DNA of 64,000 bases from Lepidodermella squamata (taxonomy: Eukaryota > Animalia > Gastrotricha): NCBI GenBank assembly GCA_047495785.1, contig JBLDXI010000034.1, positions 434,001-498,000 on the forward strand. The letters run 5' to 3'. The position numbers and the translations under genes were made by a program. Positions 61,217 through 64,000 of this stretch are shown here, piece by piece. The notes under the pieces are model-generated. The model was not told the DNA's origin. It searched no databases and worked only from the letters and a program-made list of their open reading frames with translations. The number at the start of each line of letters is the position of its first letter. Positions within the stretch are counted from its first letter, which is position 1.

Positions 61217-61408
61217 ATGGATTCAAGAACGTATCGATCAATGTCACAGTTTACTGTTATTGGGGAGCCCTGGCGTCGTGCCACCTTACGAACATCTATG
61301 TTGTGCGGACGTAATGGGAGTCCTGAAGAACGCGTGGTTATGAAAGAAACCAACTTGACAAACCTTGAAAAGGTCTTCACCGGAATTGGTGAAATTCTCC
61401 GTGAGAGA
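61217..61408 (+). CDS. Exon 1 of pseudokinase-ankyrin copy 4; remainder outside the window or lost
   Basis: MDSRTYRSMSQFTV...VVMKETNLT...ILRER|gtgagt. The upstream 350 bp resemble 54990-55340. Intron 1 is filled with insertions. Confidence 0.7.
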
Positions 61409-61554
61409 GTGAGTTTCAAATGCTGAATTCGAATTCCGATCCGAAATTACAATGAGTTTATATGAGTTGAAAGGGTTAGGTTACTTCAAGGAAAAAGGTG
61501 GGATTACCCTGGGGGAATTTACCTGCTAACTCTCAGAATTTATGTATAAATAAA

Positions 61555-62450
61555 GCCCTAGGGGAGGCCAGTTTCGAGGAAAACTCACATAATCAGACGA
61601 GGCGATTTTTCCGAGAAACTAGCCGTACCGTGGGCTTTATTAGACATAGTGCCCGTGGGGAAGCTATCAACCAAACTGGTAAAACCGGGTTAAAACTGGT
61701 AAAATTGTCACATAGTAAGTGACCAAAAACGAAAAAATTTGAAGAATAAAAAATGCCTTTAATAAACGTTTAAATTTGTTTCTATTCTTATCCTTATTCT
61801 CTATCCTTTCTTGCTTTCACAACGACGTAGCAAGCTCCTTTTAAATCTCACGCAAGCAATCTACGGCCAATGATGGTCTTTCAAAGAACCAGTACGTATT
61901 TGCTAGGATGCTAGGAAATATCCCTGCTTTAACCGTCCCGGGAACGTCGCTATCCCTGACTGAATAACCCAAGTTTTCTCCTTAACTGGGTGAACACTGA
62001 ACCATTTTGAGCCTGATTTTCGTAAAATTACTTCAAGTATTTATGTGGAAGTATTTATATGAATAAATTCCTTTTATTATTGAGACGTCCCATTCGTTGA
62101 ATGGATGGGCCGAAGCCGTGGGTCCCGAATGAGCGCTTTATATGAATAAATGAAGTAGTTTCGATAGTATCTTCATGAGCATTTTGTTGAGTCCTCGCTG
62201 CGCTCGGGAACACAGGAAATTCGCTTCGCTCAATCAATAATGATATGGAATACTCGCTACGCTCGAAGGGACTCGCTATGCTCGTATAGCCTCGCTTTGC
62301 TCGGCCAAAAACCTTGCCCCGTGATGCTCGCTGCGCTCGCGTTTCACGGCGGGGCAAGGTTTTCGGCGCCCTAATTTCAAAAATTAAAAAATGCACTTTA
62401 AATTTTCGAATTATGTGAATTATGTGAATTATGCTAGCTTCCCCTAGGGC
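61555..62450. mobile_element. Dispersed element with inverted ends GCCCTAGGGGA...TCCCCTAGGGC
   Basis: Terminal inverted motif, internal CTCGCT.CGCTCG repeats, partial copy at 6716-6852. Confidence 0.65.
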
Positions 62451-62454
62451 TCTA

Positions 62455-64000
62455 CAGGGTGTTTCATAAAAAACCGAACTCCTATAAAAATGTACTGCTG
62501 CTGCGCGTTATCGATTATTTTCGCGAGCGCATTTTATTCTCCAAAAATGCACCAAAACCGCACGGTCACCGCAAATTATACGCATTTCTCCGAGAGAAAG
62601 CCATGCGGTAGCAGCAACAAAATTCGCGGTGTTTCAGGCACATTTTCAGTTACAGTATGAGTTTTACACGGTGAAAACAAAATTCCTCCGGTGAATTCGC
62701 ATATTTTATTACGATCTACATTTTCACCTAAAGTTTATACGAAAATTCGTTAGTGACAAGTTGTTTGCGGCTTCTCTATTACCAAAAATTCTATTTTTGC
62801 ATCAAAATCAGCAAATAAACCGCCATTTTTATTGAACGGATGGCCCCTTTCAAACGCAGCGCGACGAAGTCCTGACCGTTCGCGCTCCGGTATCGAGCCC
62901 GACTGGGAAGCGGGTCTGCCCGGATCCCAGATTTTGCTTAATGGAATGAATTCAAACAAATACCGCAATAGTGGACAGAGGGGACACAGGCAAGGGCATA
63001 TGTCAATCCGAGTGCGGCGGAGTGAACAATAGGTAGGTAAAAGTGTATTTATGTGCACTTCTAGCTCCGCCGAGCTCGGGCATCGGCATGATACTCAAGC
63101 GAAAAGAGCGATGATCAGTTCCACACTATGGCCAGATTCGGGGGTTCCACACTAGGACAGCCCAAGTACGGCGAGAACCCAACGTTTTCCGCCGCACTCG
63201 AGCCGACACCTCGGCTGGCACGTGGGCAGTCTAACGAGAATTGGTAAAATTCGTTGAATTTACAGTGTCGCATACAGGCATGTTCTAGGGAAACCCGAGC
63301 GCGGAGTGGCAAAGCGCCGTTATCCAACCGCACACAGGCCGGCTAAAACGCGAACTGGCCGAAATCGGGCTTTGGATAGGGCCCCAACACCAAACAGCGC
63401 TAAGAGCTTTTCCATCACAGAAAATTGAAGTTGTTCCAATCCAATCCATTCTTTTGGACGGACAAGCCGCCATTCATGTATAACATGCTGGGAGTGGAAG
63501 CTATGACGCGATTGTTATCCGACGACGCTGAATCTAAGATATTATATTTCGAAACTAGGGATTATCAGAAGTATTAACCACCAATGTAGTGCTAAAACAT
63601 GCCAACCAAAGACCAAACAATATGAGGCATAAGGCATATTTGGTTATAAAACAATGGTCAGAGTTTTTGTCGGAACGGTTCGGTCAGAACGCGCACGAGT
63701 CTACTGTGAGAAATGCGGACGCGCACTTCTTATGCATGAAAAGCAATGGGCGAATGCACCAAAGCAATTTATTTCGTTGAGAAAAAGACGAAAGAGCATT
63801 TTCTTTAAGCATAAGCACAATAGCAGCACATCGCGTTGTTGTCGGTCAGTAGTAACAAATTTTCGGCCGATCACTCGTGTCTCAGCGGCGAATTATTACG
63901 CCGCATATGCCCAGTGCACGCGAATCCGCATGGATCCACATTGCTCTCTTTGTGGTATACGATATAGTTTTGGCAGATGTCCGTACTCACGATGTAAAAT
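62455..64000 (-). mobile_element. Probable decayed Tc1/mariner-family transposon
   Basis: TA-CAGGGTG terminus at 62453. Minus-strand fragments in the expected order: GRKFVTTDRQQR, IFCDGK..VWCWG, LDNGALPLRAR, SPYL..., in broken frames. Confidence 0.45.

Noticed and set aside
1-64000. Prokaryotic defence-island or alternative genetic code interpretation of the fragmented ORFs
   Set aside because: Fragmentation is explained by spliceosomal introns under the standard code; collagen, K2P, Cys-loop and class C GPCR genes indicate an animal genome.

Overview
Eukaryotic, almost certainly invertebrate animal, genomic DNA: compact genes with short spliceosomal introns (mostly about 45-70 nt), AT-rich spacers and many MITEs. 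All gene models were assembled by eye from splice signals and paralog comparison. Left end (1-20.6 kb): a tandemly duplicated block containing an unknown helical-protein gene, an NmrA/HSCARG-like gene and a pseudokinase-ankyrin gene, followed by two more NmrA copies. Middle: a secreted collagen with an N-terminal domain resembling the MPEG1/perforin-2 P2 domain, a DUF1295 gene, tRNA-Ser(GCT), and an NLR-like gene (TIR-like + two tandem STAND NTPases + ankyrins). A tight co-directional cluster follows: K2P channel, Cys-loop receptor, class C GPCR, knottin peptide, second K2P channel. Next come a disrupted sushi/B-lectin gene, two small secreted cationic peptides, a frameshifted MFS gene and small orphan genes. 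Right end: two more pseudokinase-ankyrin copies and nested transposons. Best candidate for an undescribed system: an expanding family of HRN pseudokinases fused to single-exon, variable-length, surface-variable ankyrin arrays, in the same region as an unusual TIR-(STAND)2-ANK receptor and other defence-type genes. The immune interpretation is inference.
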